A DNA stretch of 64,000 nt from a bacterium (GTDB taxonomy: Bacteria > Patescibacteriota > Minisyncoccia > Phycocordibacterales > UBA2100): the NCBI GenBank assembly GCA_009924895.1, contig RFQR01000001.1:79575-143574 (forward strand), given 5' to 3'. Under the pieces are notes generated by a model. The model saw only the letters and a list, made by a program, of their open reading frames with translations. It was not told the DNA's origin and searched no databases. Below, piece after piece: positions 56,569 to 64,000 of this stretch. A program made the translations under genes and the position numbers. Each line of letters opens with the position of its first letter. Positions within the stretch are counted from its first letter, which is position 1.

Positions 56569-56955
56569 ATGCAACCATTCGTACTTCTTGTCGACGATGA
56601 TAAGTTTCTTCTCGATATGTACGCCATGAAGTTTACGAAAGAGGGTTACAAGGTGCAGACGTGTTTGTCGGTTGATGAGGCGCTTACCGCGCTGCGAGGA
56701 GGACTTCAGCCTGATGCTATTTTGAGCGATATACTCATGCCGATTCACGATGGTTTCTACTTCTTCGACACGATTCAAAAAGAGAAGCTCTCGCCAAAGA
56801 GCGTTGTTATAGCGCTCACTAATCAAAGTTCGGCTGAGGAGCAGGCGCGCGCAGAGCAACTGGGAATGCATACCTACATCGTAAAGGCAACCATGATTCC
56901 TTCGGAGGTTGTCCAGGCGGTTGCCCAGGCATTGAAGCAAAAAAGTGGTGCGTGA
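56569..56955 (+). CDS. Single-domain response regulator (CheY-like)
   Basis: LVDDD, SDILMP..DG, LTN, YIVK. Confidence 0.9.
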   Translation: MQPFVLLVDDDKFLLDMYAMKFTKEGYKVQTCLSVDEALTALRGGLQPDAILSDILMPIHDGFYFFDTIQKEKLSPKSVVIALTNQSSAEEQARAEQLGMHTYIVKATMIPSEVVQAVAQALKQKSGA

Positions 56956-57016
56956 GTGTTCACACCCACGGTCTTTCCTATGCAGTTGAGTTAAAAAGTA
57001 TTGGTATACTTACGGA

Positions 57017-58078
57017 ATGGATTATCAAGCTCTTTTACGAAAGTACATCAACGTGGTTTCGCACGAAGCCGCTTCGGACTTGCATCTTGCGGTCGGCGCG
57101 CATCCGACGATACGCGTTGCAGGAGCGCTTACCCCGATGCTCAAAGAGTCAGTTCTTGCCCCTGAGGACACCGAAAGTTTTTTGAAAGTACTCCTTACAC
57201 CTGAACAGCTTGCGGAATTTCGTATTAAAAAAGAATTCGACTTTGCCTACCAAACCGCTGATGGTATTCGTTTTCGTGGCAACGCATTCTTTCAGCGAGG
57301 CTCCGTGGGAATCGCGCTGCGCCTTATCCCGCCGGTTATTCGACCTATTCACGAACTGAATGTGCCTGATGTGCTCGAAACTTTTGCACGTAAATCCCAA
57401 GGATTCTTTTTGGTGGTGGGTCCTGTTGGGCAAGGAAAGTCAACGACGCTTTCTGCGATGATAGAACTCATCAACGTCGAGCGTATGGAACATATTGTGA
57501 CAATTGAAGACCCTATAGAGCACGTGTTTGAACCGAAACAATCACTCATTGCGCAGCGAGAAGTGGGTATTGACACCAAGGACTTTGCCTCCGCCCTGGT
57601 CTCTGCGTTTCGCGAAGACGTTGATGTGATCTTGGTAGGGGAAATGCGCGGTCCGGAAACAATGTCAGCGGCGGTGACGGCGGCAGAAACTGGCCACCTC
57701 GTCTTCTCCACCTTGCACACCAACAATGCCGCACAGACGATTGATCGCATTATCGATACCTTTCCCGCAAATCAACAAGATCAGATCCGCCTTCAGCTCG
57801 CTTCCTCTCTTATGGGTATTTTTTCACAACGCCTCCTTCCGCGCGTCTCGGGTGGCCTTATTCCGGCCTATGAGCTTTTGATCAACAACAAGGCGGTATC
57901 TAACTTAATTCGTGAAAAACGTACACACGAAATCAATACGGTCATCGAAACGGGCTCGTCGGAAGGCATGATTGATATGAACCGCTCTCTTGCGGATTTG
58001 GTCGCGCGAGGAGAGATAACTGTAGAGACTGCGTACCAGTATTCGCAGAATCCCAACATGCTGCAAAAGCTTCTGTAG
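57017..58078 (+). CDS. pilT: Type IV pilus retraction ATPase
   Basis: ASDLHL, GPVGQGKSTT, EDPIE, GEMR, AETGHLVFSTLHTN, NLIRE. Confidence 0.93.
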   Translation: MDYQALLRKYINVVSHEAASDLHLAVGAHPTIRVAGALTPMLKESVLAPEDTESFLKVLLTPEQLAEFRIKKEFDFAYQTADGIRFRGNAFFQRGSVGIALRLIPPVIRPIHELNVPDVLETFARKSQGFFLVVGPVGQGKSTTLSAMIELINVERMEHIVTIEDPIEHVFEPKQSLIAQREVGIDTKDFASALVSAFREDVDVILVGEMRGPETMSAAVTAAETGHLVFSTLHTNNAAQTIDRIIDTFPANQQDQIRLQLASSLMGIFSQRLLPRVSGGLIPAYELLINNKAVSNLIREKRTHEINTVIETGSSEGMIDMNRSLADLVARGEITVETAYQYSQNPNMLQKLL

Positions 58079-58081
58079 CGT

Positions 58082-59290
58082 ATGGCAGTTTTTACTTACA
58101 CCGCACTCGATCAAGAGGGAAATCAGCGCAAAGGCACGATTGATGCAGTCGGGCTTGATGTCGCAATTGCTGCGCTGCAGCGTCGTGGACTCATTATTTC
58201 TGATATTCAAGCGGAAGAAGTGAAGGAATCACTGAGCCAGAGATTTTCGTTCTTAAACGGTGTGACCACAGCGGATGTTGTCTTGCTCTCACGTCAAATC
58301 ACAACGCTCTTTGAGGCACAAGTATCAGCGTTGCGCGCGTTTAAACTTCTTGCCGCCGAGGCACGTACCCCACAGCTCTCTGGTCAACTCACTGCAATTG
58401 CAAACGATATTCAGGCAGGAAGCAGTATCTCTACCGCGCTTTCACGGCACCCGGACGTTTTTTCACTGTTTTACGTCAGTATGGTGCGCGCCGGAGAAGA
58501 GACGGGAAAGCTTGATGAAACCTTTTCGTTCCTCGCGGACTACCTTGATCGTAACTATGAGATTAGTCAGAAGGCGAAAAATGCCCTTATTTACCCCACA
58601 TTTATTGTCTTTACGTTTATCACGGTCATGACGCTCGTTATGACCCTCGTTATTCCGCAACTCGCTTCAATGCTCAATGATGTGGGACAGGAAATACCGC
58701 TCTATACCCGCGTTGTGATTGGAATAAGTTTATTTCTCTCGCACTACATTGTCCCGATTCTCATACTACTCGTACTCTTGGGCGGTTTTTCCTATCGATA
58801 TTTTCAGACACCCGCTGGCAAAATGCTGTTTTCTCGCGCCCGCCTTCAGGTGCCGCATATCGGTGGTCTCTACCAAAAACTCTTTCTCTCGCGCATTGCC
58901 GATAATCTCTCGACCATGCTCACGAGCGGCATTCAGCTTCTGCGCGGTCTCGAAGTGACCTCAAATGTAGTCGGTGATCCTGTGTATGAAAAAGTGCTTC
59001 TTGAGGCGACGCAGGATGTACGAGCGGGGCTCCCGGTCTCTGAAGCATTTCGTAAGCACCCCGAAATACCGGGTGTTATTGTCGCGATGATGAAAATCGG
59101 TGAGGAAACTGGTAATACCGGTAAAATCCTCAATACTATTGCAAAATATTATCGACGAGAGGTAAATAACGCTATCGATACTTTGGTGGGACTCATTGAA
59201 CCGATCATGATTGTGGCGCTTGCGGTTGGTGTTGCGTTCTTACTCGCGGCAGTCTTGGTACCGATATATAACATTGCGTCAGGATTCTAA
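58082..59290 (+). CDS. pilC: Type IV pilus platform protein (GspF/PilC)
   Basis: GEETGKLD, ALIYP, second GEETG, LIEP. Confidence 0.93.
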   Translation: MAVFTYTALDQEGNQRKGTIDAVGLDVAIAALQRRGLIISDIQAEEVKESLSQRFSFLNGVTTADVVLLSRQITTLFEAQVSALRAFKLLAAEARTPQLSGQLTAIANDIQAGSSISTALSRHPDVFSLFYVSMVRAGEETGKLDETFSFLADYLDRNYEISQKAKNALIYPTFIVFTFITVMTLVMTLVIPQLASMLNDVGQEIPLYTRVVIGISLFLSHYIVPILILLVLLGGFSYRYFQTPAGKMLFSRARLQVPHIGGLYQKLFLSRIADNLSTMLTSGIQLLRGLEVTSNVVGDPVYEKVLLEATQDVRAGLPVSEAFRKHPEIPGVIVAMMKIGEETGNTGKILNTIAKYYRREVNNAIDTLVGLIEPIMIVALAVGVAFLLAAVLVPIYNIASGF

Positions 59291-59394
59291 ACTCGAGTTT
59301 GTCCACAGAGTACAAGAGGGCGCGCGTGAGAGCGGTATAATAGAAGCACGTCGCCCTTTAGGTGATGGCAATTATTTACTTAATCTAATTTACT

Positions 59395-59871
59395 ATGCAG
59401 CATGCAACAAAACGAGGTTTTACCTTGATCGAACTTCTCGTTGTTATTGCTATTATTGGTCTCCTGTCAACAGTAGTCTTGGCATCACTCAGTTCTGCTC
59501 GCGCGAAAAGTCGTGACGCTCGCCGTCTTTCAGATCTCAAGCAAATCGCAAACGCTGTTGCGCTCATTGACACGGGTGTTTCTACTACTGCCTTTGCTGG
59601 CTGTACTGCTGCTGGTGCGCGCGCAACGACGTGTACAACGCCTGATTTGTCCAAGTTTACCGACCCATCAGGATCGACGACTGCATGTACGACAACCTCA
59701 GGTGCTGCATGTGACTACGCTGTAGGTAAGGGAGCTCTCGCAACCGCAGGAGCTGACACTGGTACCTGGGAAGTATGTGTGTATCTTGAAACGAAAGCAG
59801 GACCGCTCACCACAAACGGTGGTATGGTCAGGGTTGATCAGAATGGTAACGTTTCAGCGGGTTGTAACTAG
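59395..59871 (+). CDS. Type IV pilin (probable major pilin; Thr/Ala/Cys-rich)
   Basis: RG|FTLIELLVVIAIIG prepilin motif; own promoter with GGTATAAT. Confidence 0.92.
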   Translation: MQHATKRGFTLIELLVVIAIIGLLSTVVLASLSSARAKSRDARRLSDLKQIANAVALIDTGVSTTAFAGCTAAGARATTCTTPDLSKFTDPSGSTTACTTTSGAACDYAVGKGALATAGADTGTWEVCVYLETKAGPLTTNGGMVRVDQNGNVSAGCN

Positions 59872-59876
59872 CATCT

Positions 59877-60356
59877 ATGCACCGAAATCGAGGCTTCACA
59901 CTGATAGAGCTTTTGGTTGTCATTGCCATCATCGGCATGCTCTCAACAGTTGTGCTTGCCTCGTTTTCGAGTGCGCGCAAAAAAGGAGTCGATGCGCGCC
60001 GTGTTGGTGATATAAAACAGGTGCAGCTTGCGCTCGAGCTCTACAACGATGCAAACGGCACGTATCCTGTGCAAGGCACGCTCGGAAGTATTCCAGCGGG
60101 GCTTGCACCAACTTTCATTTCGGTTGTTCCTACTGATCCAAAGAATTCGAGTCCCTACGTATATCAATACATCTCCACCGACGGAGCAGCATCTCCTGCA
60201 GCCTGTAGCGCTACTGCCTGCGCGGGGTATGTTCTTCGCGCGGATCTTGAAACACAAGGCCATACGTCGCTTGCGAATGATATCGACGGCACCCCGGCGG
60301 GCGTTGATTGTGCTGATATTTCGACAACGAACTATTACTACTGCGTCCAGCCGTAG
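59877..60356 (+). CDS. Type IV pilin (GspG-like paralogue)
   Basis: RG|FTLIELLVVIAIIG, ALELY.D.NG.YP, PTDP. Confidence 0.92.
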   Translation: MHRNRGFTLIELLVVIAIIGMLSTVVLASFSSARKKGVDARRVGDIKQVQLALELYNDANGTYPVQGTLGSIPAGLAPTFISVVPTDPKNSSPYVYQYISTDGAASPAACSATACAGYVLRADLETQGHTSLANDIDGTPAGVDCADISTTNYYYCVQP

Positions 60357-60381
60357 TGGCACGCGCGCAATAGCTTCTGAG

Positions 60382-60403
60382 AACCGCCATGGGGCGGTTT
60401 TTT
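60382..60403 (+). terminator. Intrinsic terminator after the two pilin genes
   Basis: AACCGCC-atgg-GGCGGTT followed by a T tract. Confidence 0.65.
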
Positions 60404-60421
60404 CGCGATATACTGAGCGCT

Positions 60422-61225
60422 ATGGCACTTTTTGGTGTGTTCGGACTCATTGTCGGGAGCTTTCTCAATGTATTTGTTTTGCGGTGGGGAACAGGGAGGG
60501 GCATGGGGGGAAGAAGTGCCTGTATGTCATGTGGGTATCAGCTGCGATGGTATGATCTCGTCCCGATTTTTTCATGGCTACTTTTGAAAGGACGGTGCCG
60601 TTCGTGCAGCAGCGCTATTTCATTTCAGTATCCACTCGTCGAGCTTTTGACAGCGCTCAGTTTTGCGTTTCTTGGAGGCGTGCCTGGTGTGCCACTCCTT
60701 ATACAAGTCCTCTGGTGTATTGTCGCTTCGCTATTGCTTGTAATTGCGATCTACGATCTTCGTCATACGATCATTCCTGATACGTGGGTATACGCATTCT
60801 GCCTCCTCGCGCTTCTCTCCATGGGCCCCGCCATGACAAGCAGTATGCCTTTGCATTGGTACCTTGTCGCAGGTCCCCTTACGGCATTTCCTCTCTTTGG
60901 TATCTGGTTGTTCTCGCGCGGGACGGCTATGGGGTTTGGTGACGTGAAGCTTGCAGTCGGAATTGGCTATCTTTTGGGTCCTTGGTTTGGGCTCGGAGCG
61001 ATTATGTGCGCGTTTATGATTGGAGGCCTCATAAGCGTACCGCTGTTAGTAGGTTCATCAGTGTGGTGGCGAGGCATGTCGGTACGTCTTGCACAGAGAG
61101 GTCTCATACTGCCACGAGTCTCTGTTACAATGAAAAGTGAGATTCCATTCGGGCCCTTTCTGGTTCTCGCGACTTTTCTGCTCTGGCTTTTGTGGCTCTA
61201 CGGTCTCTCTCTCTCATTTTCATGA
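60422..61225 (+). CDS. pilD: Prepilin peptidase
   Basis: GSFLNV, RS.C..C, GRCR.C...IS.QYP, YD, MGFGDVKL, IPFGPFL. Confidence 0.95.
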   Translation: MALFGVFGLIVGSFLNVFVLRWGTGRGMGGRSACMSCGYQLRWYDLVPIFSWLLLKGRCRSCSSAISFQYPLVELLTALSFAFLGGVPGVPLLIQVLWCIVASLLLVIAIYDLRHTIIPDTWVYAFCLLALLSMGPAMTSSMPLHWYLVAGPLTAFPLFGIWLFSRGTAMGFGDVKLAVGIGYLLGPWFGLGAIMCAFMIGGLISVPLLVGSSVWWRGMSVRLAQRGLILPRVSVTMKSEIPFGPFLVLATFLLWLLWLYGLSLSFS

Positions 61226-61794
61226 AGCACACGTTTTCTCGCGGCTTTTCGATTGTCGAGCTTTTGGTAGTAACCGCGATCGTGGTCATGGTGACTGCGC
61301 TCTTGCTTTCGAATCATGCAAAATTTGGTAGTGTCGTAGTCCTTGAACGCCTCGCATATCAGGTCGCCTCGACTGTTCGTAAGGCACAAGTATACGGAAC
61401 CTCGGTATACCGAAACGATATTGGCGGCTTTGCTTCATCGTATGGCGTATTTGCCACACTTTCGAGCCCGAGTAGTTACCTATTGTTTACCGACACGGTA
61501 TCAGCAAATGGCATATATGACACAGGAGAATCGTATGAAAACATCCAACTCATGAATGGATACACCGTTCGAAAACTCTGCGCCACACCTCCTGGCGGCT
61601 CTGAAGATTGTGCATTCACCAGCCTCAACATCTTGTTCAAACGACCAGAACCGGATGCACTTATTCGTACGCAAGCAGGCGGAGTACTTCAGGAAAGCGC
61701 AAAAATTATTCTTCGTTCTCCTCAAAACGACTGCAGAGCTGTTTTTATAACCGCAACCGGTCAAGTCGAAGTTCGGGTAGCGACATGTTCATAA
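61222..61794 (+). CDS. Minor pilin (FimT/GspH-like)
   Basis: RG|FSIVELLVV. Confidence 0.85.
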   Translation: MKHTFSRGFSIVELLVVTAIVVMVTALLLSNHAKFGSVVVLERLAYQVASTVRKAQVYGTSVYRNDIGGFASSYGVFATLSSPSSYLLFTDTVSANGIYDTGESYENIQLMNGYTVRKLCATPPGGSEDCAFTSLNILFKRPEPDALIRTQAGGVLQESAKIILRSPQNDCRAVFITATGQVEVRVATCS

Positions 61795-61797
61795 GAT

Positions 61798-62364
61798 ATG
61801 ACCACAATGCGACATAATCGTGGATTTACGCTTATAGAAACCATTGTCGCAGTTGCACTTTTTTCTATTGTGATGCTGGTGGGCACCTCTGCACTGCTCT
61901 CACTCGTTTCCGCGAATCGAAAGGCACAGGCGCTACAGTCAGTGATGAATAACCTCAATACTGGTGTCGACGGCATGGTTCGCGCTATCCGCATGGGAAG
62001 TGCTATTCGCTGCGGTGGTCCATCGCCCACAGACCCGAATTGCCCCAATGGCGGCAGTGTTATTTATTTTGAATCGTACGGGGGGAATAAGTCATCCACG
62101 CTTGATGACTGGATGTACTCTTACAACGCTGCACAGCGCCGACTTGAGCGCTCCCAACAAAATGGATCAAATCCGCTTGCGATAACCGCACCCGAGATCA
62201 GTATTGATTCATGTACGTTTTATGTTGTTGGCGCAACCCGAGGCGATATCACTCAGCCCAAGGTTCTCATTGTGATTAAGGGTACCGTTGCAGCGTCTGA
62301 CCCGCGGTTTCGTACCTCCTTTACCCTTCAGGCAACTGCAGTGCAGCGTTCACTCGATATTTAA
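61798..62364 (+). CDS. Minor pilin (PilW/GspJ-like)
   Basis: RG|FTLIETIVAV. Confidence 0.85.
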   Translation: MTTMRHNRGFTLIETIVAVALFSIVMLVGTSALLSLVSANRKAQALQSVMNNLNTGVDGMVRAIRMGSAIRCGGPSPTDPNCPNGGSVIYFESYGGNKSSTLDDWMYSYNAAQRRLERSQQNGSNPLAITAPEISIDSCTFYVVGATRGDITQPKVLIVIKGTVAASDPRFRTSFTLQATAVQRSLDI

Positions 62365-62366
62365 CT

Positions 62367-62945
62367 ATGAGCACTCGCGGATTCACTCTCATTGAAACAT
62401 TAGTTGCCGTCATGATTCTTTCGCTTGCGCTTATTGGGCCGATGGCGCTCGTTGCGCGCTCGGTCGCTACCTCGTTTTATTCACGCGACCAAGTCGTCGC
62501 GTTTTTTCTCGCACAAGAAGCGCTTGAGTCGATACGAAATGCTCGTGATAACAACATTCTTTCGAATGCATACGGAACACCGACAAGCCTCCTTGCAGGA
62601 TTTCCCGCAATTGATAACAGCCCTTTTGTTATCGATAGTCGCGACAACCTCATGATTTCATGCCAGGGCGGTGTATGCCCGCCTCTTAAGACAGATGGGG
62701 TATTTTATGCCTATGGTCCGACAGGAACTACGCAGATTTATAGTGCGCAAACAGGGTGGAGCCCAACGCGCTTTACTCGGACCGTTCGTGCTCAATATGT
62801 GAAAAAACCCGATGGAATCGATAACACTGATCAGATTAAGGTTACCGTAACGATTACCTGGCGTAGCAGCGGCGCAGTTCCGACGAAAACAGTGACACTC
62901 TCTGAAGAGTTTTATAAGTGGATTCCCAATAATGCGTTGCAATAA
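62367..62945 (+). CDS. Minor pilin (PilV/GspI-like)
   Basis: RG|FTLIETLVAV, A.FLAQEALE.IRN.RD. Confidence 0.85.
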   Translation: MSTRGFTLIETLVAVMILSLALIGPMALVARSVATSFYSRDQVVAFFLAQEALESIRNARDNNILSNAYGTPTSLLAGFPAIDNSPFVIDSRDNLMISCQGGVCPPLKTDGVFYAYGPTGTTQIYSAQTGWSPTRFTRTVRAQYVKKPDGIDNTDQIKVTVTITWRSSGAVPTKTVTLSEEFYKWIPNNALQ

Positions 62946-62949
62946 CGGT

Positions 62950-63417
62950 ATGAATAACAAGCACACCAATCGAGGCTTCACGATTCTTCTTGCCGCACTG
63001 GTTTCTTCCATCGTGCTCGCTCTCGGTATCTCTGTCTTTGAGCTTGCACAAAAAAGTATTTTTCTCTCGGGTATGGGACGCGATTCTCAATATGCGTTTT
63101 ACACGGCTGACACTGCTGCTGAGTGTGCGCTGTATTGGGACATTCGGTACAATTATTTCGGCACGACTCCGCCTCCCGAAGTGGTTTCTCCCGAACCGCA
63201 GTGCGATGGTCAGTCGCTCACCGTGAGCGGGCGGCAGGCCGCACCTCCCTACACCATGTCGTTTCAGTTTCAGCCGGGAGGCTACTGCGCACAAGTCACG
63301 GTCACTAAAAACGCCCTCACCCCCAAAACAGTGATACATGCCGACGGGTTTAGTGTCTCGTGTGCAAATCTTGGATCGTCGCGCTCTCTGCAGCGCAGTG
63401 TCGAGTTGCGCTATTGA
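62950..63417 (+). CDS. Minor pilin (PilX/GspK-like, no Glu5)
   Basis: RG|FTILLA, SQYAFYTADTAAECALYWD. Confidence 0.82.
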   Translation: MNNKHTNRGFTILLAALVSSIVLALGISVFELAQKSIFLSGMGRDSQYAFYTADTAAECALYWDIRYNYFGTTPPPEVVSPEPQCDGQSLTVSGRQAAPPYTMSFQFQPGGYCAQVTVTKNALTPKTVIHADGFSVSCANLGSSRSLQRSVELRY

Positions 63418-63438
63418 TGTCTGTGGTAGAGTGGTGGC

Positions 63439-64000
63439 ATGATTCCCAAAAGCGTACGCGAACGATACCGAAAGCTCGTGGATACCATACACGAGTATCG
63501 GCGCGCCTACCATGTATACGACCGCGAAATAGTTTCTTCGGCGGCGCTCGACAGTCTCAAACACGAACTCACGCAGATAGAGGCACAGTATCCTCGCATT
63601 ATTGCCCCCGACAGCCCGTCGCTGCGCATCTCCGGCGAAGTGATGCCTCAATTTCAAAAGACGCGTCACGAAGTGGCGCAGTGGTCCTTCAATGACATCT
63701 TTAACGAAAAAGAACTTCACGATTTTGATGCGCGCATAACGCGTTTTTTGAAAGACAGTATCCAAAACCCACATCCGACATACCTCTGCGAACTCAAAAT
63801 CGATGGCCTCAAGATTGTACTCACGTACAAACGCGGCATCCTTGAGAGCGCCGCGACGCGTGGTGATGGAGTCGTGGGTGAAGACGTGACGCACACGGTT
63901 CGCACGATTGAATCAGTGCCGCTTTCGCTGACGCGCCCAATTGATGTTGTGGTCGAAGGAGAAGCGTGGCTCGGTGAGAGTGTTTTTGCAGCGCTCAATA
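63439..64000 (+). CDS. ligA: NAD-dependent DNA ligase, 5' part (runs off the window end)
   Basis: Manual translation from ATG 63439: YHVYD, PDSPS, ELKIDG (KxDG), AATRGDGVVGEDVT, VEGE. Confidence 0.93.
   Translation, partial: MIPKSVRERYRKLVDTIHEYRRAYHVYDREIVSSAALDSLKHELTQIEAQYPRIIAPDSPSLRISGEVMPQFQKTRHEVAQWSFNDIFNEKELHDFDARITRFLKDSIQNPHPTYLCELKIDGLKIVLTYKRGILESAATRGDGVVGEDVTHTVRTIESVPLSLTRPIDVVVEGEAWLGESVFAALN

Noticed and set aside
59395-60356. Pilin antigenic-variation cassette system
   Set aside because: Both pilins are full-length with their own starts, and identity is limited to the conserved N-terminal helix with many synonymous differences. No silent cassettes or invertase sites were seen.
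62854-63894. 346-aa minus-strand ORF and many similar antisense or overlapping ORFs in the track
   Set aside because: Shadow frames opposite well-supported genes (pilX-like, ligA and others), with no motifs of their own.
1-64000. Alternative genetic code (TGA=Gly, code 25), suggested by in-frame TGAs at 11532 and 46029
   Set aside because: Conserved genes (murI, RelE toxin, pilD, NAD epimerase) end at TGA at the expected length, and long ORFs are intact under code 11.
1-64000. CRISPR array or cas genes
   Set aside because: No regularly spaced direct repeats or Cas motifs were seen by eye.

Overview
Bacterial chromosomal window, genetic code 11. Gene style points to a Patescibacteria/CPR (Parcubacteria-like) genome (inference). 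In order: a partial sensor kinase; a free-standing LAGLIDADG ORF; a ~4 kb large-serine-recombinase (LSR) island in the 3' end of tRNA-Leu(CAG); a cobalamin riboswitch heading two transcobalamin-like secreted proteins; murI, an RHH/RelE TA pair, murD; a decayed diversity-generating retroelement (DGR); an orphan PemK; murC, rsmI, a VirD4/HerA-like ATPase; a ~25 kb surface-glycan cluster; tRNA(CAT) with two back-to-back LSR remnants; a decaying WxL/DUF916/dockerin cluster; DUF1150; a DEAD-box helicase; a full type IV pilus locus; and the 5' part of ligA. Best candidates for undescribed biology: (1) a ~125-170 bp folded element at 1450-1621 that copies the tRNA-Leu acceptor stem and carries a 15-nt inverted copy of the integration target, next to an LSR whose C-terminus is swapped in frame by integration; (2) riboswitch-controlled transcobalamin-like B12 capture with no transporter in the operon; (3) an unknown attenuator-like RNA at 3686-3855; (4) the DGR relic. 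All family calls are by-eye motif recognition; no searches were run.
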